Position numbers and translations under genes: made by a program. The notes beneath the pieces are model-generated. The model made no database searches. It saw nothing but the letters and a program-made list of their open reading frames with translations, and was not told where the DNA came from. A DNA stretch of 63,945 nt, the filler included, from Octopus bimaculoides (lineage: Eukaryota), in NCBI RefSeq assembly GCF_001194135.2. It is 4 parts of 4 records of this genome, joined end to end, with 100 filler letters (N's around TTAATTAATTAA, not from the genome) between each part and the next. Parts side by side here need not be neighbours in the genome. Positions count along the whole stretch, not along the records: positions 1 to 19,973 come from NC_068996.1; 3 more parts are not named here. One strand, given 5' to 3'. Numbering within the stretch: the stretch's first letter is position 1; the number at the start of each line of letters is the position of its first letter. This document shows positions 1-12,022 of this stretch, one piece after another.

Positions 1-300
1 TCTATTCATAAATCGATGATGGATTTCTATTCATAAATCGATGATGGATTTCTATTCATAAATCGATGATGGATCTCTATTCATAAATCGATGATGGATC
101 TCTATTCATAAATCGATGATGGATCTCTATTCATAAATCGATGATGGATTTCTATTCATAAATCGATGATGGATTTCTATTCATAGATCGATGATGGATT
201 TCTATTCATAGATCGATGATGGATTTCTATTCATAGATCGATGATGGATTTCTATTCATAGATCGATGATGGATTTCCATTCATAGATCGATGATGGAAT
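1..300. repeat. 25-bp minisatellite, 12 copies (TCTATTCATAAATCGATGATGGATT), cut by window start
   Basis: Exact 25-bp period from base 1; variants GGATC in copies 3-5 and TAGATCG in copies 8-12. Confidence 0.97.
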
Positions 301-760
301 GGAAATAATATCTGAGTTGTAGCTAGGTGGATTGAACAAAACAGATAAAGAATTATGCTTCATTGCTAGAAAGGGGGTTTGAACCAATCATCTATGGGCA
401 GTAAGTGTATTGAACTACATTTGCCACTAAGTAATGTAGGAATAAAACTAAAGAGACCGCACATTGAATCATGTGCAAACACTTCTTATAGATTTTATGT
501 GAGGCATGATATGTAAAATTGTAAGGTATGTCATATTTTAAATTACATGCTGTTAAATACATGGACAAAGGATAGACCCAAGTTGCATTTTGTATAAAAG
601 GATTAATTGAGAAGCTCAGCTTTGGAGTTCACTGAATTAAAATAAATTATTTAAGAAGAAACGATAATGGGTTAGAAGTTAGGGTTAGAGTTTAGCCAAA
701 CAGGAAAAATATGATGCACATGTTACATAAATGGTGTCTTTTTGCTAGTAAAGTGAAACC

Positions 761-792
<32 letters not shown>

Positions 793-1770
793 GGATTAGG
801 TCAACTAAAAATGCAATGGTGTAATATGGTGCATTTTACATTTAAAAGAAAAGAGTAGAATAATTGTTTATGAAGAATGTATACAGAATGGTTAAGTGAT
901 ATAATAATAATTTGTTGGGTAAGAAATAAATTGGTTTCTACTCTTAAGACACAGTGATATCACATGTCACTGCCATTCAAGAACTCTCAACTTGTCTCTT
1001 CTTCTCTCATCATCCATATTTTGTGTTCCCCTCCACTCCCAGGTCCTTCACAGACCACTTAACCCAGTTCCACTTCTTGTCCTGAATGTCATCACCTTAG
1101 AATTCTTCACCTGACTATGTCTTTTCTGCAGACACTGATTTATAATCATAACAACAAAAGAAAAAAAAATAATAATAAAACATTGATGTCATTGGATTTG
1201 GAAGGCCTGTAAAAAAAGAAGAAGAAAAAAAAACGATGGGTACAGTCTCTACATTCAGTTCAGGTTGAAATAGATTAGATTTAATGACAGAATTTAAGAA
1301 AACACAGAAACAGATTTGGAAAAGAAAAAAGAAAGAAATGGAGTGTCTTTCAGAGAAATGGAATGCAAGTGTAGGTTTTACTAAGTCCTTGTGATGGAAT
1401 ATGAAAATTAGATCTGAAAACAAAAACAGAAAGCACTGAAAATTGCTGTATTGGTATATGCTGTATAATGAAGTATGTTAATTAGTACTGAGATAAAAAC
1501 CACTGAATCACTGTTAGTAAGATGTTTAGAAAGAAATAGAATGGTGTATTGGTACTGACAGTTTGTGTTGTGCACTGGAATTGAATCGTTCAGTAACTTC
1601 ATAGTTTTCCTTACAAGGAATTTTACATTGTATTTACAAATTCTTGTCAGTGTGGTATATTTGAAAAGACAGTGCCACCCAGAGTGAGACATTGCACTGC
1701 TCAGACACACAGTGTTTCAATGTGGTCAGTATCGCTTCCCATCTGCAAGGGGTTAAAGAAACATAAGAGA

Positions 1771-1979
1771 GCTGGCAGAAATGTTAGCACGCCAGGTGAA
1801 ATGCTTAGCGGTATTTCGTCTGCTATTCAAATTCTGCCAAAGTCGACTTTGCCTTTCATCTTTTGGGGTTGATTAAATAAGTACCAGTTACGCACTGGGG
1901 TCGATATAATCGACTTAATCCGTTTGTCTGTCCTTGTTTGTCCCCTCTATGTTTAGCCCCTTGTGGACAATAAAGAAAT
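1771..1979 (+). mobile_element. tRNA-derived SINE family A (Meta-domain-like core) with 15-bp TSD
   Basis: Head GCTGGCAGAAATGTTAGCACGCC; core GACTTTGCCTTTCATC..GGGGTTGATTAAATAAGTACCAG; TSD AAGAAACATAAGAGA at 1756-1770 and 1980-1994. Confidence 0.85.
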
Positions 1980-2064
1980 AAGAAACATAAGAGAAAATAT
2001 ACTGAAATACTTAATGACAGAGAAATGGTATGTAGAACAATTCCAGTAGTAAAATTAAGCAGAT

Positions 2065-2455
2065 GCAGGTGGGGCATGTGATAAGAAATTTGCTTCACAA
2101 CCATATGATTCTGGGTTCAGTTCCACAGTGTGGAATTTTGGGCAAGTGTTTTTTGCTATGGCCTCAGGTTGACCAAAGTCTTGTGAGTGGATTTGGTAGA
2201 CAGAAACTGAAAGAAGCCTGTTGCACTTAAGCATATATAAATGTGCATTTGTGTTGTGTTTTTTCCCCACTACTGTTTGATAACTGGTGTTGGTTTGTTT
2301 ATATCTCTGTAATCTAGCAGTTTGGCAAAAGAGACTGATAGAAAATGTACCAGACTTGAAAAAAAGTACCCGAGTTGATTTGTTAAATTAAAAGACCCGT
2401 CATGGCAGTGCTCCAGAATTGCCACATTCCAATGAGTGAAACAAATGAAAGATTA
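2065..2455 (+). mobile_element. SINE family B, diverged full-length copy
   Basis: Matches other copies in window: GGGCAAGTGT..GACCAAAG..GTGAGTGGATTTGGTAGACAGAAACTGAAAGAAGCC and 3' ATGAGTGAAACAA. Confidence 0.8.
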
Positions 2456-2729
2456 ATATAAAAATAATCTCATCGAATTTCTTAGAGAATCGTACAATGC
2501 AGTAAAATGAAGTAGAGAATGGAACTGGATATCGTGGTTACCATAGAAGAATAAAAGACGAAATAAAATCCTTGATATTGGATTATTTGGAGGCAAAAGT
2601 ACTGACAACTATCAGGACTACAGACGTAAGTCTATTCATATCAACAGAAAAACAAGATATAATAAATCCCCATAAGAGTGTGCGGCTAACAAGTTCGGTT
2701 CACAGCTTTGTCATTCTGGTTTTTGTTCC

Positions 2730-2945
2730 TACGGAATTGGTAGCACGCCGAATAAAATATTTGGCGGCATTCCGTCCGCCTATGTTATGAGTTCAAATGC
2801 TACTGATTTGACTTTGTCTTTCATTAATTTGGGGTCAATAAAATAAGTACCGGTTGGTTACTGGTGGTCGATGTAATCGATCAGCACCCTTTCTCCCTTC
2901 CTCCCTCCAAATTTTCAGTCCTTAAACCAATACCGGAAAGGATTA
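2730..2945 (+). mobile_element. SINE family A, diverged
   Basis: GGTAGCACGCC..GAGTTCAAAT..GACTTTGTCTTTCAT..GGGGTCAATAAAATAAGTACC..GGTCGATGTAATCG. Confidence 0.75.
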
Positions 2946-3192
2946 TATGCTAATGCATAACTAAACTCCTCCTCGTGAACTTTGACAGATTCTCTTTAAC
3001 GTTTGATGAATAGTAACTAATATCAGAAATCAAAACAAACCGAGTAATGTTCACCAGCCATCAGTTACTTCTAGATCTAATGATGACATTTTTTAATCTG
3101 GTAATTCTCGTACGTACATACATAGACATACAAGTATGTATGCATACAAACATGCATACACACGCGCGCGCACACACACACACATGCATACA

Positions 3193-3580
3193 TGTTGTTG
3201 TTGGCACTCCGTCGCTTCCGACGTCGAGGGTTCCAGTTGATCCGATCAACGGAACAGCCTGCTCGTGAAATTAACGTGCAAGTGGTTGAGCACTCCACAG
3301 ACACGTGTACCCTTAACGTAGTTCTCGGGGAGATTCAGCGTGACACAGTGTGACAAGGCTGACCCTTTGAATTACAGGCACAACAGAAACAGGAAGAAAG
3401 AGTGAGAGAAAGTTGTGGTGGAAGAGTACAGCAGGGTTCGCCACCATCCCCTGCCGGAGCCTCGTAGAGCTTTAGGTGTTTTCGCTCAATAAACACTCAC
3501 AACGCCCCGTCTGGGAATCGAAACCGCGATCCTATGACCGCGAGTCCGCTGCCCTAACAACCGGGCCATTGCGCCTCTAC
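3193..3580 (-). mobile_element. tRNA-derived SINE family C, young full-length copy
   Basis: Near-identical to 35321-35705; tRNA-like head with B box GGTTTCGATTCC; (CAA)n tail; probable TSD CACATGCAT at 3181-3189 and 3582-3590. Confidence 0.9.
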
Positions 3581-3585
3581 TCACA

Positions 3586-3840
3586 TGCATGCATACATAC
3601 ATACATACATACATACATACAAACAAACGTGCACACACACATATACATACATACATACATACCGACATACAAATTACATAGATACATGCATGCATGCATA
3701 CATGCATACATACATATATACATACATACATACATACACACACATACATACATTCATACATACATACATACATACACACACATACATGCATACATACATA
3801 TATGCATGCATGCATACATACATACATACATGCAAACAAA
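3586..3840. repeat. (TACA)n/(CA)n compound microsatellite
   Basis: Direct inspection. Confidence 0.95.
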
Positions 3841-3959
3841 CATGATGTCTGCAACTTGATTTCGAGCAATACCATCTCTTGATTGTTCTCTTAAACTTAA
3901 ACAACACACATGTGATTTTTCAATCCTTTTAGGGATGTATATTCTTTTATATATAAGTA

Positions 3960-4140
3960 ACAATGATGGGCACCTCTTGCAGTAGGTGTTACAATATCTT
4001 TTGGTGTACCTTCATATGACGTTTCAGTCCATCCTTCTGATACACATTCTTTTCCACACCTCTGCCAGCAGAGATGTCGTAAAACGCATAGTTAACAAAT
4101 TTCTGTAGTTTCTCAGATGACTTTCAAAACCTGCCTTACT
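3960..4140 (-). mobile_element. Decayed LINE 3' end with C2H2 zinc-finger remnants, probably the RTE element continuing at 4830-6630
   Basis: Minus-strand frameshifted translation SKAGFESHLRNY and QRCGKECVS..GLKRHMKVH. Confidence 0.55.
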
Positions 4141-4167
4141 TAGATAGACACAGCCACACTCGTTATG

Positions 4168-4811
4168 TGTTCATAGATAGTCGTGGTCACCATTATAGAT
4201 AGTGATTCGTGGTGTGTGTTGTGAGACCATCTAATATCGACTCATGTCAGAAGGCTGTAATAATACGTATAATGTACCAGTTGGAAAAGAGAGAGAGAGA
4301 CACACAACTGAGTAGAAAGCTTATGAAAGATTTATTGATATATTTCCATGCATCTGTGTGAGCTGTATGTTTGCTGTTAACCATGGTGAGGTAGCTCATG
4401 AACAACACTATGCTAGAACCTGTGCATGTAGAGATGTTGTTGACGTCATTGGTGAGAGACATGATGGTGGTGACGAAGATGGAGGTCGCTGTAATGCTGA
4501 TGGACGGGTGTTGTCTGGCATCGTCGCTAGAACTGGCTGTGTCGTGTGGTCAGTGGCTAGACCTTAGAAGGTCTGAAACCAACAGACCTCGAGATAAGGG
4601 GAAAGTGGATTTCTATCGCTAACAGTAGGCTCAAAATCGGAGTTTAGAACAGACTGTCTCACGTGATTTATTTGGAGGCTGTGTTTGGTTAGGTTGCATA
4701 TTGGCGCGCGATAGAGTAAGAGATATATTGCGCCAATACCAACCAATCAGAGTGGTGGACACAACAGGGTTCACACAGCAGCCAAAGGTTAGCTGTTACC
4801 TGCTACGTTCA
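4168..4811 (-). mobile_element. Solo LTR (Gypsy-like), 644 bp
   Basis: TG...CA termini; 4-bp TSD TATG at 4164-4167 and 4812-4815; minus-strand AATAAA at 4331-4336; homologous blocks shared with 7072-8069. Confidence 0.7.
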
Positions 4812-4829
4812 TATGGACGGATATATAAT

Positions 4830-6630
4830 AAAGGATAGGGGAATTTCACTAGAGTGTATGCTAGATGTTCAACCAGGCTATGTGCCGTACTCAAGCAAAT
4901 TAACAACGAGATTTTTACAAACATCTCTCTTGAGTTTTTCATGTTTAATACAATTTCAATCGAATACTTTCCTCCCATCAAAATGAACGCTCTAGAGCAT
5001 TCAGTAAACTCGCAGCCCGTATGATGGTGGGTCATATCTCATGCGGCCCACTCCCTGAAAAACCATACCCATGCTTAATCTAGAGTGAGCTTTCCCTATC
5101 CATTTCCCAAGTTTTTTAAAACTTTCTTCGTATATTCTTAATGCAGTGTTTACAGCTTAATTTCGGTTTGTACTTTGGTCTTTTACTCAAGACAACTCAC
5201 TGTACAGAAGCAAACTTACCAGGATACTTAAGCTTTCTCAGAATGTTCAATAAGGCATTTCTATTCCCAAATATATATATTAAAAAAACCCTTACAACAA
5301 CAAAGACTTGATACATGTCCATCATACTTAATGCATTTTCTGGCGATTGCCTACCACTTCCTACAATTTCTGAGACTCATTGAAGACTTCATCAGTGATG
5401 TTGTTGAGAATTTATCCAGCATGATGTTCTTACACGACACCATGCCTAAAACAGAGGGAAGAGATATTCCACACTAATTCCCATTCCGACAGGCAACATT
5501 CCTATCTTTTCTCTTTATAAAGAACCAACATCAGCACAGCTTTCCACTTTTTGGATATTCCCTGATCCAAATGCATTAATTCAGTCAGATACTGAAGAAA
5601 GTTTTCACTCAACATAAAAACCACCCCTCACAGGTAACTTGGCACTTTTTAGCTTTATCACACCATTTCCAACTTCTCCAAAGGAGTGAGTTTCTGCCAC
5701 ATGTGTTCTTTTGCAAGCATACAGAGAATCAAACCAAGAAACTCCTCATCAATCATCATCATCATCATCGTTTAACGTCCGTTTTCCATGCTGGCATGGG
5801 TTGGACGGTTTGACTGAGGTCTGGAGAGCCAGCGGCTGCCCCAGGCTCCAATCTGATCTGGCAAAGTTTCTACAGCTGGATGCCCTTCCTAACTCCAACC
5901 ACTCTCAGAGTGTAGTGAGTGCTTTTAATGTGCCACCGGCACAGGAGACAGGGGAGCTGGCATCGGCCACGATCGGATGGTGCTTTTTACGTGCCACCGG
6001 CACGGAAGCCGGTCAAGGTGGCACTGGCATCGGTCATGTTCGGATGTCACAACTATAATTTCCATTTGATTGCAATTTGATTTCATTTTGATATTGATGT
6101 TGATGTTGATGTACTCGACTGAATAGGTCCCCTCAAGCATGGCATGTCGCCCTACAATCCAAGGTACATTTTGAGTGGGCTGGTTATGCAACACTAGTGT
6201 AGGTTACAGCTGTGAACTCACTCCATTTGCCGGTGAGTTCACAACCACCGGCAAGTCTTTTCAGAAGTTGTTCTCACCACCTCACAAGAATATCTTTTCC
6301 TTTAAATACTGTCTGGATTTCTTCATTTTCATTAAATCAATCTTAATGTCTTCTTTCTCCTAAACCCAGAAAATCTTTGCAAAGGCCATGTAAGGATGTT
6401 TTGGACTCTTTGAGATGAATATTGTCCATTCTGATCACCAACTCCCTTTAATGACATTATCTTTCAGACGTGTCATATTTAACTTCTTTGGTTCCTACTT
6501 TTGGTTTTCTAACCTCTCCTTTGTATAAAACAAGACAATGGTCAGACCAGCATTCAGCTTCCTGCATAAAGTAGATACAACCTACATCGTAAACATCTTG
6601 CCTAAAGAACAACAAAATCAATCATATGTT
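4830..6630 (-). mobile_element. Decayed RTE-clade LINE (end of APE domain through RT), interrupted by a SINE at 5747-6252
   Basis: Minus-strand remnants HMIDFVV, AECWSDHCLV, LGERRH*DWFNENEEI, GISLPSVLG, NRNALLNILRKLKYPGKF, AHSLVEHL; many stops and frameshifts. Confidence 0.75.
5747..6252 (-). mobile_element. SINE-like family D with (GAT)n tail, nested in the RTE
   Basis: 3' end GCATGGAAAACGGACGTTAAACGATGATGAT; GGAAGGGCATCCAGCTGTAGAAA core; internal duplication GTGCCACCGGCAC; 11-bp hairpin at 6211-6243 near 5' end. Confidence 0.75.
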
Positions 6631-6679
6631 GCTGTTTTGAGCCGAGATGTATCTAGGTTGTTTTGTATCTAATTTTCCG

Positions 6680-6998
6680 TTGGGACTTATTCTATTGCTG
6701 AACCGCTAGGTTAAGGAACGTAAACAAACCAACACCGATTGTCAAGTGGTGATGGTGGAAGAGACAATACATACATACATACGTACGTACGTAAGTTCTC
6801 ACATACACATACACAGTCACATACATCAAACACACTCACACATGCACGAAGGGCTTCTTTCAGGTTTTGTCTCTCAAACCTACTCACAAGGCACGGGCCT
6901 GTAGTAGAAGACACTTTTCCAAGGTGCCGCGCATTGGCAACGAACTGAAGCACACTTGGTTGGGAAGCCACCTAATTACACAGTCAAGCCCACGCCTT
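6680..6998 (-). mobile_element. SINE family B, diverged
   Basis: Reverse-complement match to other family B copies, central (TACA)n. Confidence 0.8.
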
Positions 6999-7071
6999 TT
7001 ATAAATATAACCAAGAAAGTGTTTATTTCAGAACGCTTGATTATTTCGGAAATTAAATCACTAAGTCTTAG

Positions 7072-8069
7072 TGACTAGACAAGGAAGTGTAAATTACCGT
7101 GTAGAGAACGACCGTGCGAACCAAAGGAGATGGCGACGAATAGGAGAAGGCTCCTTTGAACGTGTCGCACGGTCGGCACAAGAACATGTAATATAACATA
7201 AGAGGGCTCACATGTGAGATGCGAGGTAAGTGCCAGCAAGGAAAGAGAGAGACACAACCGTTAGTTATATATAAAGAGTAAGTTTTATTAGGGTAGTCAA
7301 CTGTGTATCTGTGTGTGCGTGCATGCGGCAATATAAACAATACAATACATAAGACAGGCCTTCGTATGAACAATAGTATGTATACAATAATATGTGTGTG
7401 TGAATGAGAAATACAGAACATGGAATAAGTGTCTGTAACATAGACTAAGAGAGTCCTGAACACAAAGATAAGAAAGTACCAGTTCATAGAAGAGTTACAC
7501 AGTAGGTAGAATGTCTGTACACAAGAGGTCGTGGCTGAATAGCAGAGCTGTGGTGTCACAAGTCGTGAGTGAAGTTGAGCGTCGATGCTGCGACCGGTTA
7601 CTTAGTACAGAAGATCCTCGCAGGTTGGTTCTGGCTGTTATTTTCGAGGTGGAAACAATCCACACAAACAGTGTTGAGAAGGAACCGCGGTTGCTGTTGG
7701 TAGCGTGGACTCTGGCGGTGGTGGTGTTGGCGCTGGCAACGACATTGTAGTAGACAGTAGGTCAGTGGTGTTGACGTCGTCGCTGGAAACTGGCTGGAGC
7801 TGTGCTCTGTGTGTGGTCTACGACCAGACCTGAAAAGGTCTGAAATCGCGACAGACTGGCATGGATGAAGCAAGACTATTTATAGATAAAAAGGGGCTCC
7901 GGAAAAGCAGTAAAACTCTCTCTCACGTGACCTTAACAGAAGGACACGATTGGTCGGTATGCACCCTGGCGCGAAACAGAACTGTTGACAAATGCCGCAC
8001 AAATAAGAGCCAATCAGGGTAATGGACACAGCGGTCCAAGCGGCCGAAAGCTAGATGTTAGCCGCTACG
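7072..8069 (-). mobile_element. Solo LTR-like element, ~1 kb, related to 4168-4811
   Basis: Starts TG; TTAG on both sides (7068-7071, 8070-8073) if the end is 8069 (CG), alternative CA end at 8075 lacks a TSD; minus-strand TATAAATA 7877-7884 and AATAAA 7284-7289. Confidence 0.6.
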
Positions 8070-8126
8070 TTAGCATTCATAAATAAATACCCGAGAGAGA
8101 GGTTTTACTACAACCGTTACAAATGT

Positions 8127-8365
8127 TGCGAGCTGGCAGAATCGTTAGCGCGTCGGACAAAATGCATAGCGGTATTTAGTCTGTCCTCACGTTCGGAGTT
8201 CAAAATGCTGCTGAGGTCGACTTTGCCTTTCATCTTTTTTGCGGTTGATAAAATAACTATCAGTCAGGTATTGGAGGTGATGGTGGTGGGGTCGATGCAA
8301 TCGATTACCTCCCCCTTCCACCTCCAAATTTCAGACTTTGGACCTATAATTGAAATAATTAATAT
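8127..8365 (+). mobile_element. SINE family A
   Basis: GCGAGCTGGCAGAATCGTTAGC head; GAGGTCGACTTTGCCTTTCATC core. Confidence 0.85.
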
Positions 8366-8569
8366 GATAGAAATATGTGTCTATTTCCATCGCATAATCT
8401 ACGTGTATAAGTTAATGGTTTCCAATTTTTTATTCAAAATATGAACAGGAATATATTTTACAAAGAAAGACAAAGAAAAAAAAAAAATGCAATGACAGCA
8501 TATAATTTTTTTTTAAAAAAGGGAGAAAGAAAAAAAAAAGCATCAATGCGGCTTCAGTTGGTCGCACAC

Positions 8570-8830
8570 GACAAGTTTCAACGGAACCTACTGAAACAAC
8601 GCTCGCAGCATTAAGCAGTGGCGATGGCGAGGCTAAGGTGTTGGAAAAGATAAGCGCCGTCACGGGCATCATCACCGGAGAGGCGAGCGGCCAACGATGA
8701 CAAGATCTTCGCGGTTAGCGACAAAGTCCCTCCAAACGTCTCAAACGCCACAGGTTCGTAGAAATAGTTCACGTGTTTATGTTTCCAAATAGTCTGTGTT
8801 GATGAAAGGCATCGATCATTTTAAATACCA
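8570..8830 (-). mobile_element. C-terminal restriction-like endonuclease remnant of a CRE-like non-LTR retrotransposon
   Basis: Minus-strand frame KHKHVNYFYEPVAFETFGGTLSLTAKILSSLAARLSGDDARDGAYLFQHLSLAI then frameshift to NAASVV; fits the F.P.A.ET.G...FLFQRLS.AIQRGNAASV pattern (recognised by eye). Confidence 0.6.
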
Positions 8831-9149
8831 AGGTGACCCTCACTATTGAAAAAAAAAAATAAATAGCGAATTCTAGAATACATAGATATGTATTATAACA
8901 GCATGCTCATCACCGGCGCTTGTAGGCTGATGGCTAACGTGTTGGCTGTGGAGACATCAGAGGCAGCTCTACCAGGCTGGGATTCGATCAACCCAGGCTG
9001 GGATCGCCTAGATGAGAGTGTCTGATGTTGAAGGATTCGAAACAGACCCCAGGAAACATCCTGATGATGTGCTCAAGTACATCACAGAATAGGAAAAAGA
9101 AGCATCAAGGATGGTGTAAGTGAGGATGAGACTACCAGGTAACGCGAAG

Positions 9150-9300
9150 TCTTCGATGACCCCGGTCTCTGTTCAAAAGCATTCCAGTCATTACAATCAC
9201 CTCTTTTTTTTATTGTGTGTCTTGGACCACATTATCCAAAGAATCCTTTTCCTGTTTTAATTTGTGGGAGATTTGGCTGTTGTTTCTAACAGGTTGGGGT
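9150..9300 (-). mobile_element. SINE-like family E fragment ((AAC)n-tailed; further copies near 48760-48950, 49620-49960, 52575-52740, 62520-62660)
   Basis: Shared motif GGAGATTTGGCTG..TTTCTA(A/G)CAGG and CACATTATCCAAAG. Confidence 0.6.
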
Positions 9301-9464
9301 ATCTGCAATGAAAATTAAAATAAAAAGTAAAGAATAAAAAAATGTTCAGCGATGTTATTCGCACAATAAAAAAGAAAGCAAACAGCAATCAAATAATTTG
9401 TTAACATATTTAATTGTCCCCTGCTAACTAGAAATAATTACACAATAAAGAAAATGTAATTCTA

Positions 9465-10035
9465 GGTTTCAAATTTAGGCACAAGGCCAGCAATTTTTCT
9501 TTTTTGTGGGGGGGGGGAGGGGATTTAAGTCGATTTCATGGAGTCCAGTGTTTCGTTGGTCCTTAAGCTTATCAATCCCGACCTCGGCCGAATTTGAACT
9601 CAGAACATAAAGACTGACAGAATGTCGCTAAGCATTTTGCCTGGCGTCGTAACGATTCTGCCTTTAAGGAAAATAAGATATATTGGTATCAAATTTTGGC
9701 ACAAAGCCAGCAATTTTAGTGGTGGTGGTGGTGATGGTCTGTGTGTGTGTGTGTATGTGTGTGTAGTGGGGAGCAAGTCGATTACATCGATTCCTGTACT
9801 CAACTGCTATGTCTATTATCAACATCGAAAGGATGAAAGGCAAAGTCGACCTCGGCGGAAAAGAAACTATATTGGTCTCAAATTTTGGCAGTCGACCAGC
9901 ATTTCTTGGGGAGGGAAGTAAATCGATTACATCGACCAGCCCCAGGTTTCAGCTGCTACTTATTTTATCGATCTAAGAAAGGATGAAAGGTAAAAAAGGA
10001 TGAAACCTTGGCGGCGTTTGAACCCAGAACGTAAA
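9465..10035 (-). mobile_element. Cluster of three to four SINE family A fragments
   Basis: Repeated GGCACAAGGCCAGCAATTT, GAACTCAGAAC, AAAGGATGAAAGGCAAAGTCGACCTCGGCGG. Confidence 0.75.
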
Positions 10036-11254
10036 AGGAAAATATGATATTAATCATTGACCTGTTCAGCAAATACGGGAAACAACTTTCTTTTGCTTCT
10101 CTTGGACCGTTAGAAAGAAGTTTGGACTTATTTAAAGAAGTCTCAAGACAAACACACGGTAAATGTACGAAGTAAATGGCGTAGATAAAACCAAGAATTA
10201 CTTTTAGACACCGTCTACATAAAACACACACACACACACACACACACGTACGCACGCACGCACACACAAATAGAAGTAAAATGATTAGTATTAATATATT
10301 TAATGCTGTAACTAGAAGCTGGAGTTGTCTCCCATGCTTACCGAAACAACTTTTGTTTTTATGTTCGTTTCTCTTTTATAAACACTAACTTAGTTAATGA
10401 AAACAAAAGACTTTTGTCAGCAGTGTTGCTTTTTGATTCCCTCGATAACTCGAATTCGTTTAACCTAGGTTATGTACTTTATCAATAGAATAATAAGATC
10501 TTGACAATATTTTGGTTCCATATGTGAATATCAGGAAATAAATTGTTTTTGCTGTGAATTGTTCGGAAAAACTTTAGCAGAAGATTTAAATGTTGTAAAG
10601 ATGAAGAAAGGATGCGAATAGGAAAACGTGTGAATAGAAAAACAGAGAGTGGAAAATGACAACATCAAAAAGACAAAAAAAGAAAAAGAAAGAAAAAAGC
10701 ACTCAAGTTAACATAATACCCAGTTTCGAAAGAAAATAAAATAATTATGCAAATAAGAAAAAAAAACAACCTCAAAACAAAAAACAAAACACAAAAATGA
10801 AGCAAAACTAGTAACTATACCGTGAGGTTTCACGCAAAGTTTATATAATTTTTTTTTTAGTTCTCGCATCAACAGAAATCAGTTTCAACTTGTTGGTAAT
10901 TTATGTAGAGTAATTATAGCTGATTTACCGCCAGGGCAATTTATGATCTAATTTTAAGTTATTCATTTTGTTGCTGATTAACAAAACACTTCTCTGCACT
11001 GTGTAAATAATATAATTTATCGATCCGATTGCAGTACAACTACCTATAATTATTTTACTTAACTGAAATTGAAGAGAGGAGAATCTAAATTCGAGCTACC
11101 GTTAATCATCTTTGATTTCTATTACACCTTTCTAACATTCTCTTATCTTTTGGCAGAGGCTGGGAGGCATTGGTTTCTTGCGCTGCTAAAATATCACAAA
11201 AGAAAGAAGTACCTGGCATTAATACTTCTTGCTTCTTGTTTTTTTTTGTTTTTT

Positions 11255-11440
11255 TCAACTTGTTTCAGTCCGTGGACTGTGGCCACGCTGGGGCACCACC
11301 TTGAAGTACTCTGTCGAACAAATCGACCCCGGGACTTATTATTTTTTAAAGTCTGGTTTTTATTCTATCTAATTTGCCGACCTGCTAGGTTAGGGTAACA
11401 TAGCTGTGGTTAAGTGGTGGTAGGGGACAAGCACAAAGGC
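11255..11440 (-). mobile_element. SINE family B, 3' half
   Basis: CTTGTTTCAGTC..GGGCACCACCTTG..AATCGACCCCGGGACTTATT. Confidence 0.75.
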
Positions 11441-11445
11441 GACTA

Positions 11446-11730
11446 TGTATGTATGTATGTATGTATGTGGGTGTATGTATGTATTATGTATGTATGTATG
11501 TGTACGTGTGCGTGTGTGTATTTGTGTATGTACGTACATACGTATATATATGTATGTGTACGCGTGTGTATGCATGCATGTATGTATGTATATATGTATG
11601 TATGCATGTGCGTGTGTGTATGTATGTATGTATGTATGTATGTAAGTGTGTGTATGTATGTATATATGTATGTATGCATGTATATATATGCATGTATGTA
11701 TGTGTGTGTGTGTGTGTGTGTATGTGTGTA
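11446..11730. repeat. (TATG)n/(TG)n compound microsatellite
   Basis: Direct inspection. Confidence 0.95.
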
Positions 11731-11886
11731 CATTTGTTGAGTTAGTAAATATTAATTGCTATACTGTGTATAAACATTTATAAACCATAATGTTCCTCTA
11801 AGTAGTCGTAACTGTGTAATGATTAGTTACACGTGACTCTGAGGAGTCTTTTCAACTTCAGTAAATTACGCATACACACACACATA

Positions 11887-12018
11887 TGAGGGTGTGCTGA
11901 AAAGTTCCTGATTCTGAGTAAAAGAAAATAGAGGAGGATCAGTTAATTATGATTTTATCCAACATATTCCCTTCTCAGATTCACACATTTTTGTTGTGGT
12001 CCTTCAGGTTTTCTAAGT
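11887..12018 (-). mobile_element. Partial mariner-derived MITE, same family as 57368-57593, opposite orientation
   Basis: TIR TATGAGGGTGTGCTGAAAAGTTCCTG followed by GAGGATCAGTTAATTATG..TCTCAGATTCACAC. Confidence 0.75.
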
Positions 12019-12022
12019 TTTC

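Noticed and set aside
3476-3963. HT/YI/VC-repeat ORFs here and at many other microsatellites
   Set aside because: Translations of (CA)n, (TA)n and (TACA)n, open in several frames at once
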